NCBI GenBank assembly: GCA_963674785.1
Contig: OY771555.1
Coordinates: 64,001 to 128,000 of the forward strand
DNA: 64,000 nucleotides
Reading direction: 5' to 3'
DNA from: Caldisericia bacterium
GTDB lineage: Bacteria > Caldisericota > Caldisericia > JAAYUI01
Position numbers and translations under genes: made by a program. Under the pieces are notes generated by a model that saw nothing but the letters and a program-made list of their open reading frames with translations, did no database searches and was not told where the DNA came from. Below are positions 57,801-64,000 of the stretch, piece by piece. Positions within the stretch are counted from its first letter, which is position 1. Each line of letters begins with the position of its first letter.

Positions 57801-58654
57801 CCTCTATACTCAGGATTGATGCTGTAGAACGTTGTTGCAGGAACCTGGAAATCTGAAGCTGTTGCACCAAGAACGGTTGACTTTTGGATTCTCTGAGCTC
57901 TGCTTTTGGTTGGTTCATTTGGGTTATAAACTGATGCAGCGGTCACAGCTGGCATAACACCTTCCCAGATATCTGTCTCAACCGAGATATTGAATTTTGA
58001 GCTTGAATCGCATGATGCCCTGATTACGTCTGCAAGGATAAGTGCATCACCATCACCATTCATATCAACATTTCCGATTTTCATGCAGCGACCTGAGAAA
58101 TCATGTGGGAATGTATACGGTCCATTTACATTACCAAGTCTTGTAAACCAGTACCCCTCATCATGAAAGAAGTTGACATAATCACCAACAACATATGGCC
58201 CCATTGTGTTGTTTGATGAAATTGTGTCCTGTTTGAAATTGTTTTCACGACACTCACCTGGTGGGTCTGGTGTATCTCTTTCATATGGATTGTGGAAGTA
58301 ACCATCTGGGTCAAACCATATTCTTCCATTTGAATCCAAGATACAACACATTTTATCCTTTTCTGTTGATTGTCCGCCAGCAGGAACAACAGTCAGATAA
58401 ACGATTGACCAATAGAGAGGGGTTCCAGGCATAGTGTTTCCCTGTCTTCCCCACCATGTTCCGCTTCTGACCCATGGAACCTGGCTTCCACCAGTAAGGG
58501 TCTGTCCTTGTCTATCTTGTCCAAGTGGAATCCACCTGGTGATAGCAACAAGTTTATTTTCCGTTGCAGCGGAAACTTCTTCAATTTGAACAAATGCTGC
58601 AAACGCTGACAGTGCCAGCATTATAGATAAGCTAACTGCCAAAATTTTCTTCAT
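51842..58654 (-). CDS. Giant (about 2270 aa) secreted surface/S-layer-like protein with a C-terminal copper-amine-oxidase-N (stalk) domain
   Basis: AAGGAG RBS and MKKILAV signal peptide at 58654; Dx(N/D)xDG motifs, a GS linker, cadherin/Ig-like LVEGKNEF repeats, and RTLVPVRAISQAFGA / RTMVPFRFIAESLGA stalk motifs. Confidence 0.8.
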   Translation of the reverse strand: MKKILAVSLSIMLALSAFAAFVQIEEVSAATENKLVAITRWIPLGQDRQGQTLTGGSQVPWVRSGTWWGRQGNTMPGTPLYWSIVYLTVVPAGGQSTEKDKMCCILDSNGRIWFDPDGYFHNPYERDTPDPPGECRENNFKQDTISSNNTMGPYVVGDYVNFFHDEGYWFTRLGNVNGPYTFPHDFSGRCMKIGNVDMNGDGDALILADVIRASCDSSSKFNISVETDIWEGVMPAVTAASVYNPNEPTKSRAQRIQKSTVLGATASDFQVPATTFYSINPEYRGWLGVEIFRDDGVNNINNPSGSCFAQNLTDDYKAEEACEAFIGASASGTTDTDTGLSLTPFPSDFYYHDEGGVGYGCGEGIYTNVNTGQDPFGNHIVNNGDVRMTTITVQVGGVIVTFPAGSIVTTGDADVGFILSPFSNTGYFDVDYDVQFDETEWMYYDADLSNTVSVGDTRLSNVSRSGKTYFCGSVVAGPETYIENFVVTGFTMGKNGNPRALDLEVLPGEAPISITVDKEFQVEQTSSVKITMNPAPEENKLAFVVLTDASGHRNVAGTLSNKKSELQVQITPYEGSCDEFGIIHPYIIEVYYEKGTGNPADLGWGGPTDGAYGYWEIPSPSILGNTTIPNNYDCYYVKEFEVKPEPIDFECNISCLQNISIRYPNMSLTLKDWDNPYDVNDLNGVPISTTPNAGNIIATYNANGAGVDWMFTAGSGPNRYIVQVNDDRTFLVWEWADNQSPTTGLGAIGAVDPEDTVTGPLEGERATDSFEDLDCSGRFAECDICGSGFRYELGVVTKGDSWGPFDGATYPLIETYGVPTFVSTYKTSPWAESGGMLPIAVYPRNTSSNLNVRVHTENALWDYNSTITHPPYFVPSNAEGTDYCGIFIIGKDSTSTGGGSSGGGSSGGGSSGGGGNITDPDVNFVEFRVVDHALQYSNVNYTAGTGALSRFDVPTPQIQTPYDPILSNLVREFRSYPGGQTHPLRIQGSTMGDGRSAYPAIWGDMYYKMGTEFTPLTDYGIFFMLMDGLGQPLSFTATDSDHKIRRIEISGPFKIPELPMDYEDNEYNGLRGAPIRYDYSGRITVDTTNWSDYELGSADYTRIINPGFQDRYTYSTANQRLVQHGDLDYSMLSSSVFVFDEIIPVDKGVLSIMVELANGTKKYWEDCCQEYRIVGIPVHGLHIEGASPTIGLGSDNIVDVKITEWEDIQQNRECNDALVFAWQDRGVRYQDGSTLLEGAGDGWITGGPTSSVGSGVSGAYSKYDDLNGDGRISFDAYETELIGSYNIATNTWVGGIIDARTYQRNNGRYIFDMSLDNGCRIEDYGWDFNGDHLISEKEELPIHLCAYKYGDDNNDRSFTPLWQVPGNSKYYSHEVYLAGEITMRPMAGGGIPSDPNITVNVSPPILTSGVSPEIVDPETPLTLTITDDSGSPVDLTKNGKLTDEEAANYITQKRPDRTNEYYWTTTSITNENSTLSDNESLFGFSPIKYDFSQASKGIYKFEGFVANDEGEINLKIVTPDYSGWGVASIKVGRPTVSYEIINLAQEHHETMKYPEDPDAVMTAFDSRVYKIKATIRDAEGNLIKGVSNLPGKIGSATDFTRFTPFLVKTATDDDVEVFNHLAVSVTDNVSADMKDVAAMSTYYKTGTEMDGTSMDLEKWGAGCIYNSELAGNYYVSDFNGDGMVDYKDSLNIDKNGSVTFYIFADSEFGLGGFVGANKASVINGDVAGETPRSQAVSFNPELRYSPDGQFALDWDSPTTTYVPIQKPVIKIFEDKTGQEWGSEFLSTSNYDLVNKADNVLQVTVTPSSPLETDPIKEGSVVEVSSITGNKKVTEETKRDPDDELSTMATIHFEPNSIGESNVTLKYKAKSSFSDDLIESGDVLTFDTVKGAVISVEHSGVFYPGLLKKVTVNVEYAGSYGKPLVGVAVSVKGAGVSMEAETNSEGQAEFDVLPSKPGQIVIRLLGEYKTVNPEVIDVVSSSQAPFIEFEEYEELTRETDMTLKGKTTPDASLSVDGKPVSVGADGSFFVNVDLVEGKNEFVVASFNPVGTKTEMTVVITRDTTPPYVKIIPPLKRDTVDKTEATITVTVSEDVTFVIAGETLELLEGTNEVVIPINIGSNKFDYVATDKIGNESKSDIEVWGYRIKTIELKIDNQIMLVDGEIVMLDTAPYISSANRTLVPVRAISQAFGAEVGWDQTARRVTVQLEDINLSMVIGQQTAVLNGEFVTIDQPPEIVNGRTMVPFRFIAESLGAEVAWNGEERLITMTRYY
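55909..55966 (-). repeat. Coding tandem repeat encoding a (GGGSS)3GGGG linker
   Basis: 15-nt period; CCACCAGATGATCCACC occurs twice. Confidence 0.8.
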
Positions 58655-58730
58655 CGTATTTCTCCTTATCCATATTTCAGGATTGTTTTGAAACAAATAC
58701 GATGTTTTTACGCTTAAAGTTCAACAAATA

Positions 58731-58762
58731 AAAAGCGACCCAAAAATTATTTTGGGTCGCTT
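58731..58762 (-). terminator. Intrinsic terminator after htrA
   Basis: AAGCGACCCAAAA-ATTA-TTTTGGGTCGCTT with a T tract on the minus strand. Confidence 0.8.
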
Positions 58763-58789
58763 CAAATATTTAAAAAATATTGATAAAAT

Positions 58790-60121
58790 CTAGTTGAGAG
58801 TTGTATCAGGATAAGCTGCTAATTTAACGGTTTTTGTAATTTTCTTTCCATTTCTAACAATTTCCAAATCGACCTCATCACCTACTCTGTATTTTCTTGT
58901 TGCAACGAGAAGCTCTTCCATCGATTTAACCTCATAGTCGCCAATCTTCGTAATGACATCTTTCGTCTGAATATCTGCATCACGGGCTGGACCATAGGCA
59001 ACTTCAGCGACAATGACACCTGGTAAGTAATCTAATTCAATATCATCGGCTATGCTCTGTGTAAATGTTCCACCAGCAATACCGATATATGGCCAGGAGA
59101 TCCTTCCATATTTTATCAGGTCTTCTGCAACACGTTTAACGATATCTGATGAAATTGCAAATCCAAGATTATCGCCTTCGCGTTTGAATGTGTTGATTCC
59201 AACAACCTTTCCATCAAGAGTCACAAGAGGACCACCAGAGTTTCCAGGGTTGATTGCCGCATCAGTTTGAACAACACCCCAAAGTGTTTTTGATTTTACC
59301 TGTTGCGAAGTTCCTCCAAAACCAAAACCGAACATATCTCCACCATAACTTGGAGTTTCTTCAACATACTCCATATCAACAATTCGTTCATTGGCTGAAA
59401 TTACACCTGTAGTTACTGTGTGGTCAAACTCATATGGATTTCCGATTGCAACAACTGGCTCACCAACCTTAAGTTTAGATGAATCACCCAACTCAGCATA
59501 TGGAAGTTCAGCTGCATCAATCTTTAAAACAGCAAGGTCTGACATCTCGTCTGTTCCAACCAAGGTTGCCTGGAACTCTCTGTTGTCCTTTAGAGTAACC
59601 ATAATCCTTGCTTGTTTACCTTCAACAACATGATTATTTGTTACGATATATGTTCCATCCTCTGTCCAAGGATTATCAATGATCACACCTGATCCAGCAG
59701 CCACCCTAGTTGAATACTGTGGCTGAGATCTTCTTCCAAAAAATCCACCATACGGATCACTTTGAGCAACTAAAGTTTCAACAGAGATTGAGACAACAGC
59801 AGGGCCAACTTTGTTTGCAACATCAATTACACCACTGTAATAGACATCGCCACTAGTCATCTCAACACTTGGTTCTGGATTATTTATAACAAGCGTTTCT
59901 TTACTGTTGACTCCGGCCTGATAACCAACAAACGCTGCTCCTGCACCAAAGGTCAATGAGAAAACAAGTGCAATTGCAATAACACCGATCCATGTGGGTC
60001 TGCTTGGTTCTTTCTTTTTCAAATAAATCCCAACATCTTCTACAACTTCCTCCTTCATTCTCCCTGATGTTTCATCAACATCATTTTCAAAAACTTCTTC
60101 CACTTCTTCGTCATAACTCAT
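58790..60121 (-). CDS. htrA: HtrA/DegP family membrane-anchored serine protease with one PDZ domain
   Basis: TM; GSGVI, VTNNHVV, DLAVLKI, AIGNP, QTDAAINPGNSGGPL; C-terminal PDZ. Confidence 0.93.
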   Translation of the reverse strand: MSYDEEVEEVFENDVDETSGRMKEEVVEDVGIYLKKKEPSRPTWIGVIAIALVFSLTFGAGAAFVGYQAGVNSKETLVINNPEPSVEMTSGDVYYSGVIDVANKVGPAVVSISVETLVAQSDPYGGFFGRRSQPQYSTRVAAGSGVIIDNPWTEDGTYIVTNNHVVEGKQARIMVTLKDNREFQATLVGTDEMSDLAVLKIDAAELPYAELGDSSKLKVGEPVVAIGNPYEFDHTVTTGVISANERIVDMEYVEETPSYGGDMFGFGFGGTSQQVKSKTLWGVVQTDAAINPGNSGGPLVTLDGKVVGINTFKREGDNLGFAISSDIVKRVAEDLIKYGRISWPYIGIAGGTFTQSIADDIELDYLPGVIVAEVAYGPARDADIQTKDVITKIGDYEVKSMEELLVATRKYRVGDEVDLEIVRNGKKITKTVKLAAYPDTTLN

Positions 60122-60132
60122 AATTCTTCCTC

Positions 60133-61260
60133 CTAAAATCTAATTATTCTATACAATCTTCCATTACTCCTAAGAGTGCTACTGTCTTCGCTTTCAACAG
60201 TGTCATCCTTAGGAATGATATTTACGATAGTAAGCTTCCCATCAACTCTACTTCGCTCGAGCCTTACGAGAGCCTCACCTTCCATTAACTGTTTTGTCTG
60301 CATTTCAGTCATCCCATTTATCGGCAATGATGTGTTTGGATTTGTTTCCCCAAACAATGGAAAAGCAAATGTCAAAGTCATGACAACAGGCAAAACATAT
60401 GATGGAATAAATTTCAAAAACGATCGTCTCTGCTTAGGGGAATCAGTCTCAAGAATTCTTTGAACTCTTACAGAAACCTGATCAATTGAAGTGATATTCT
60501 GTGCGCCATGTTGGGGGATGGTGTGTTTAGCACATAAAACAAGTGTCTCTGCGAGCGTCAATGGATTTTCAATCACCTCACAAGCTTTTTTGTCAGTTTC
60601 AACTTCAACAGTCAAATCATAATTCTTCCTGATAAAACTGGAAGGCACCAAAAAAGAAAGGGCTGAAATGACCATAAAACTCCACTTTGAAATCTGGTCT
60701 CTCCTGACAATATGTGCTAACTCATGGGCGAGAAGTGCAGAAAGTCTTTCATCGGATAACATGTTTGCAATCTCATCAGATAAGTAGATCGAGTCATATG
60801 TTGAAAATGCAATACCTTTTGTTTTTCCAACAAAAATCTTTGGAGTCTCCACACCCATCTTTTTTACCAGGGGAACAAGCAAGGCTATTTCTCTATCAGT
60901 CGCAGGCTTAAATCCTTTTACCTTTTTTGAGAGTGCGACAAAACCAAGAACCAACCTCGCTATAACAAACCCAACAATCACCCATGGGATAGCTAATATC
61001 AAAAAATGCCACGAATTCTTTATCACCATAAATGTTGCATTATACCACCCAACATTTGAGTAGTTGGTTGGGGCCAACATAACTTTTACAGTTTGAGGCA
61101 ACATATCCGACAGATACCAGGCACCAATAACAAAGCTAGTAAGAGAAAGTGATGCTACCACAAGCATTGCAATATAATTTTTGACATATGGCGTAATCAA
61201 AAACCAGATTGCTGGCAGTAAAAGTGTGAAATAGAGTCCGAACAGCAGATCGATATTCAT
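60133..61260 (-). CDS. M56 family (BlaR1-like) membrane metallopeptidase without a penicillin-binding sensor domain
   Basis: N-terminal TMs; LAHELAHIVRRD (HExxH), EVETDKKA; short C-terminal extracellular domain. Confidence 0.85.
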   Translation of the reverse strand: MNIDLLFGLYFTLLLPAIWFLITPYVKNYIAMLVVASLSLTSFVIGAWYLSDMLPQTVKVMLAPTNYSNVGWYNATFMVIKNSWHFLILAIPWVIVGFVIARLVLGFVALSKKVKGFKPATDREIALLVPLVKKMGVETPKIFVGKTKGIAFSTYDSIYLSDEIANMLSDERLSALLAHELAHIVRRDQISKWSFMVISALSFLVPSSFIRKNYDLTVEVETDKKACEVIENPLTLAETLVLCAKHTIPQHGAQNITSIDQVSVRVQRILETDSPKQRRSFLKFIPSYVLPVVMTLTFAFPLFGETNPNTSLPINGMTEMQTKQLMEGEALVRLERSRVDGKLTIVNIIPKDDTVESEDSSTLRSNGRLYRIIRF

Positions 61261-61263
61261 GAT

Positions 61264-61689
61264 TTATTTTTCCTTTGAATTCCTTTTCTGTTTTCTATCT
61301 GCGATCATCTTTTCCAAAATCTCGAGTTTTTCAATATCCCTCTTTTCGAGAATATCTAAAAAACCTTCAATAACAGGCTCAGTCATCGAGTCTGCAATCT
61401 TTCCTAAAACCTTATGCATTGCCTGGTTATCGAGTTCCTCTTTTGTGTTTGCAGGTGCATAAACATAACATCTTCCTGATTTTTCTCGAGTAAAGACACC
61501 TTTTTTGGATAATCTGTCGCATATAGTCATTATAGTTGTATACGCATAATCCTCAGGAATATTCTTTAAAATTTCCCTAACAGTTGCCTTCCCAAGCTCT
61601 AAACACGACTTAAAAACTTTTTTCTCAAGAGATCCGAGAGTAAGTCCGATCCCTTTCCCACTTGTTAATTTTACATTTTCTATTTCCAT
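61264..61689 (-). CDS. BlaI/MecI/CopY family repressor (probable start ATG 61689)
   Basis: LGSLEKKV...ATVREI...YAYTTIMTICDRLSKKGVFTREKSGRCYVYAP. Confidence 0.92.
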   Translation of the reverse strand: MEIENVKLTSGKGIGLTLGSLEKKVFKSCLELGKATVREILKNIPEDYAYTTIMTICDRLSKKGVFTREKSGRCYVYAPANTKEELDNQAMHKVLGKIADSMTEPVIEGFLDILEKRDIEKLEILEKMIADRKQKRNSKEK

Positions 61690-61732
61690 AGTTCGTAGTA
61701 TTGCACGTAGTAATACTATTGTCAATAGTATT
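61690..61732 (-). promoter_or_regulatory. blaI-like promoter with a palindromic operator
   Basis: AATACTATTG-T-CAATAGTATT (61712-61732) covers the -35 TTGACA. -10 AATACT lies 17 bp further and 7 nt before the ATG; two extra TACTACG half-sites. Confidence 0.72.
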
Positions 61733-61792
61733 TGTTTAACAATTTATACGATACCCAATAAATCCTTATAAATAAAACGTTTTATAAAAAGA

Positions 61793-61819
61793 AAAGGGGC
61801 AAAAAAGATTTGCCCCTTT
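61793..61819 (-). terminator. Intrinsic terminator after the PQQ-repeat gene
   Basis: AAAGGGGCAAA-N5-TTTGCCCCTTT with a T-rich tail on the minus strand. Confidence 0.78.
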
Positions 61820-61855
61820 ATAGTATTTGAACCAATATATATTCAAAAAGACGTA

Positions 61856-64000
61856 CTACGGTGAGAAAACCATCCTTACAGTTCTTGTATCTCCGTCCCA
61901 TGAAACATCAGCACCGAAGGCTTCTGCAATTGCTCTGAATGGAACCATCGTTCGGCCATCTTTTATCTCTGGAGGTGTTGAAATTGACCTTAGTATACCA
62001 TCAACCTCATACTCAGTTTTTCCAACCCAGAGAACAATCGATTTGTCAAATCTTTCAATAACAATTTTCTTTTCTTCACCAATCCACTGTACTTTTGCTC
62101 CGAAAGTTTCTGAAATAAATCTCAGAGGGACAAGTGTTCTTCCTTTGCTTGAAATATATGGAGCAACATCAAGTTGTATTGGTCGGAAATTCACATATGC
62201 AATCGGATTACCAATTGTCATCGCAATTTCAATTTTCGGTTCTGTTGCAATCTTTACACCAACAGAAACCTGTTGACAAACCTCATTTTGAGTTGAAATC
62301 ATGAGTCTTCCAACGGCTTCAGTGCCAGCTGGCACCCTTGATGCATTAACAGTTATTTTTAGAATTGCTTTTTTTCCAACAGAGGTAAAAGTTATCGGCT
62401 CAACATCAATCCATCTGTCTTCACCCATAACCATTCCAGAAACTTCGTCATCGGTATCAAAAGTAATCTGGATAAGTTGGCTTTTTTCTTCACCACGTTC
62501 AATAAACCCAAAATCAATCTCTGTTGGTGCTACATCCATACAAGCTGGGGCTGGTGTGACAACCTTCCACCTAATAACTACATTTGTATCACCACCGTTA
62601 CTCTTGATTTTTAGAAGTGCCTGATGGTTTCCATACTCAAGTCCGGATGGGTCAAGTTTAAGTCTTATTCTTCTATCGCTACCATTGCTGATACCCATAA
62701 AATCTGTTGGGTTGATGGATATATGATTGTCTTCACATGAAAGGTCGCCTTCAAGTTCTGACTCAAACTCATCATTCCTTTTGTTTATGATTGATATGTC
62801 TTTTGTTGGGGTTGAACCAAGTTCAACAACACCAAAATCAACCTCTACTGGCTCAACACCGAGAATAGGACCGGGTGTAAAAGCTTGAACCGTTCCATTC
62901 CAGGTACCAACATAAACTGCATCATTGTAAATTACTGGAGTCGCTTGAACAATAGAACCTAAATCTTCCTTCCAAACCTCATTGCCTGTTCTCCACTCAA
63001 GACAATACAGATGATTATCGTCTGAACCAAAATAGACATGGTCACCACCGATAACAGGTGAAGAGTAATTCCAACTCTCTGTAAAAAAATCCCCCCATAC
63101 TTTTTCGCCACTTTCCTGATAGCAGCATCTCACTTTACGGCTACCTGAACAGATAATCACTTTATCTTCTACTAGAGCTGGGGTTCCAAAAATTTTATCG
63201 CCAATATCTGATGCCTCTAAATGCCATTCAAGAGTTCCATCATCTGCATCCAAACAATAAAAACCTGTCTCATTTGTGCCAAAAAACACCCTTCCGTCTT
63301 TAACCGATGAAGAGGATGTTACTGCAGACTTTGCTTCAAAATGGTTTTTCCAGGCTGAAGTTCCATCTTTCGCTTTGTAAGCATGCAAAAAACTTGAATG
63401 TGAACCACAGAGGATAAAATCCTTTTCAGCATAGTATGTTGGAGATGCCTCAATCATACCTCCAGTTTTTTGAACCCAAACCTGAGTACCATCATATAGA
63501 TCTACACAATAGAGCCTTCCATCATACGAACCAAAATATACCTTGTCCTCAATAACGAGAGGGGATGATCTGATTGCACCATCAGTATGAAATTTCCAAA
63601 CCTCATCACCGTCTTGAAGGTCTGATTTTGCCTGCCTTAGAGCAATACAATACATATTCCCACTGTCAGAACCACACAGGACAACTTCCCCCGCGATTGT
63701 TGGCGAGCTTTGAACAATATCACCAGTTGGGTATGTCCAGTTAATTCTAAATGAACCCGTATCATAACAGTATATGTTTGTATCATGCGAACCGACAACC
63801 GCATATCTTTCAGTTATCGCAATGGATGATCTGATTGAATTTGTAGCCTGATATGCAATTCTTGTCAGAAATGGGGGCGATGCTTTATTTGTCGTGTACC
63901 CAGTACGTGCTGGATCATGATTCAACATCAGCCAATCCTCGCTCTTTTCTTCCTCGGCAAAAACAATCCCAGAAAACAAAAGAACAAACGCCATGATCGT
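61856..64000 (-). CDS. Secreted PQQ-like (BamB-type) beta-propeller + Ig-like domains + copper-amine-oxidase-N (stalk) domain; 5' end probably beyond the window
   Basis: WLMLNHDPARTG, about 8 SSP...VYFGS.D..LYC.D..DG..VW blades, VEPVEVDFG / VAPTEIDFG domains, RTLVPLRFISETFGA. The frame is open to the window edge and the signal peptide is incomplete. Confidence 0.85.
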   Translation of the reverse strand, partial: TIMAFVLLFSGIVFAEEEKSEDWLMLNHDPARTGYTTNKASPPFLTRIAYQATNSIRSSIAITERYAVVGSHDTNIYCYDTGSFRINWTYPTGDIVQSSPTIAGEVVLCGSDSGNMYCIALRQAKSDLQDGDEVWKFHTDGAIRSSPLVIEDKVYFGSYDGRLYCVDLYDGTQVWVQKTGGMIEASPTYYAEKDFILCGSHSSFLHAYKAKDGTSAWKNHFEAKSAVTSSSSVKDGRVFFGTNETGFYCLDADDGTLEWHLEASDIGDKIFGTPALVEDKVIICSGSRKVRCCYQESGEKVWGDFFTESWNYSSPVIGGDHVYFGSDDNHLYCLEWRTGNEVWKEDLGSIVQATPVIYNDAVYVGTWNGTVQAFTPGPILGVEPVEVDFGVVELGSTPTKDISIINKRNDEFESELEGDLSCEDNHISINPTDFMGISNGSDRRIRLKLDPSGLEYGNHQALLKIKSNGGDTNVVIRWKVVTPAPACMDVAPTEIDFGFIERGEEKSQLIQITFDTDDEVSGMVMGEDRWIDVEPITFTSVGKKAILKITVNASRVPAGTEAVGRLMISTQNEVCQQVSVGVKIATEPKIEIAMTIGNPIAYVNFRPIQLDVAPYISSKGRTLVPLRFISETFGAKVQWIGEEKKIVIERFDKSIVLWVGKTEYEVDGILRSISTPPEIKDGRTMVPFRAIAEAFGADVSWDGDTRTVRMVFSP

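Overview
AT-rich bacterial chromosomal segment with dense coding, the standard genetic code and sigma70/sigmaA-type TTGACA/TATAAT promoters. Housekeeping content includes mltG, rlmN, tRNA-Gly(TCC), smpB, an SH3-rich amidase, rph, a tandem-domain thyX, and tRNA-Trp-secE-nusG-rplK-rplA-rplJ-rplL with L1 and L10 leader elements; rpoBC does not follow rplL. Metabolic genes include a fixABCX-type electron-bifurcating ETF operon, an iron-dependent alcohol dehydrogenase and a ribulokinase-like protein. There are many secreted or surface proteins: beta-propellers, lipoproteins and four proteins carrying copper-amine-oxidase-N ('stalk') domains. This envelope repertoire resembles Caldisericota-type anaerobes, which is inference only. 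No CRISPR array, transposase, integrase or phage gene was seen. Most notable observations: (i) about nine genes have the start codon 6-8 nt after a -10 box with no room for a Shine-Dalgarno, suggesting systematic leaderless translation; (ii) a TetR-led pair of receptor-like proteins shares a near-identical zinc-ribbon head on unrelated-looking ectodomains; (iii) an orphan ribulokinase homologue has lost both catalytic aspartates; (iv) a BlaI-BlaR(M56)-HtrA operon has a visible operator; (v) two secreted beta-propeller genes are each split by a -1 frameshift. All protein family calls come from motif recognition, not database searches.
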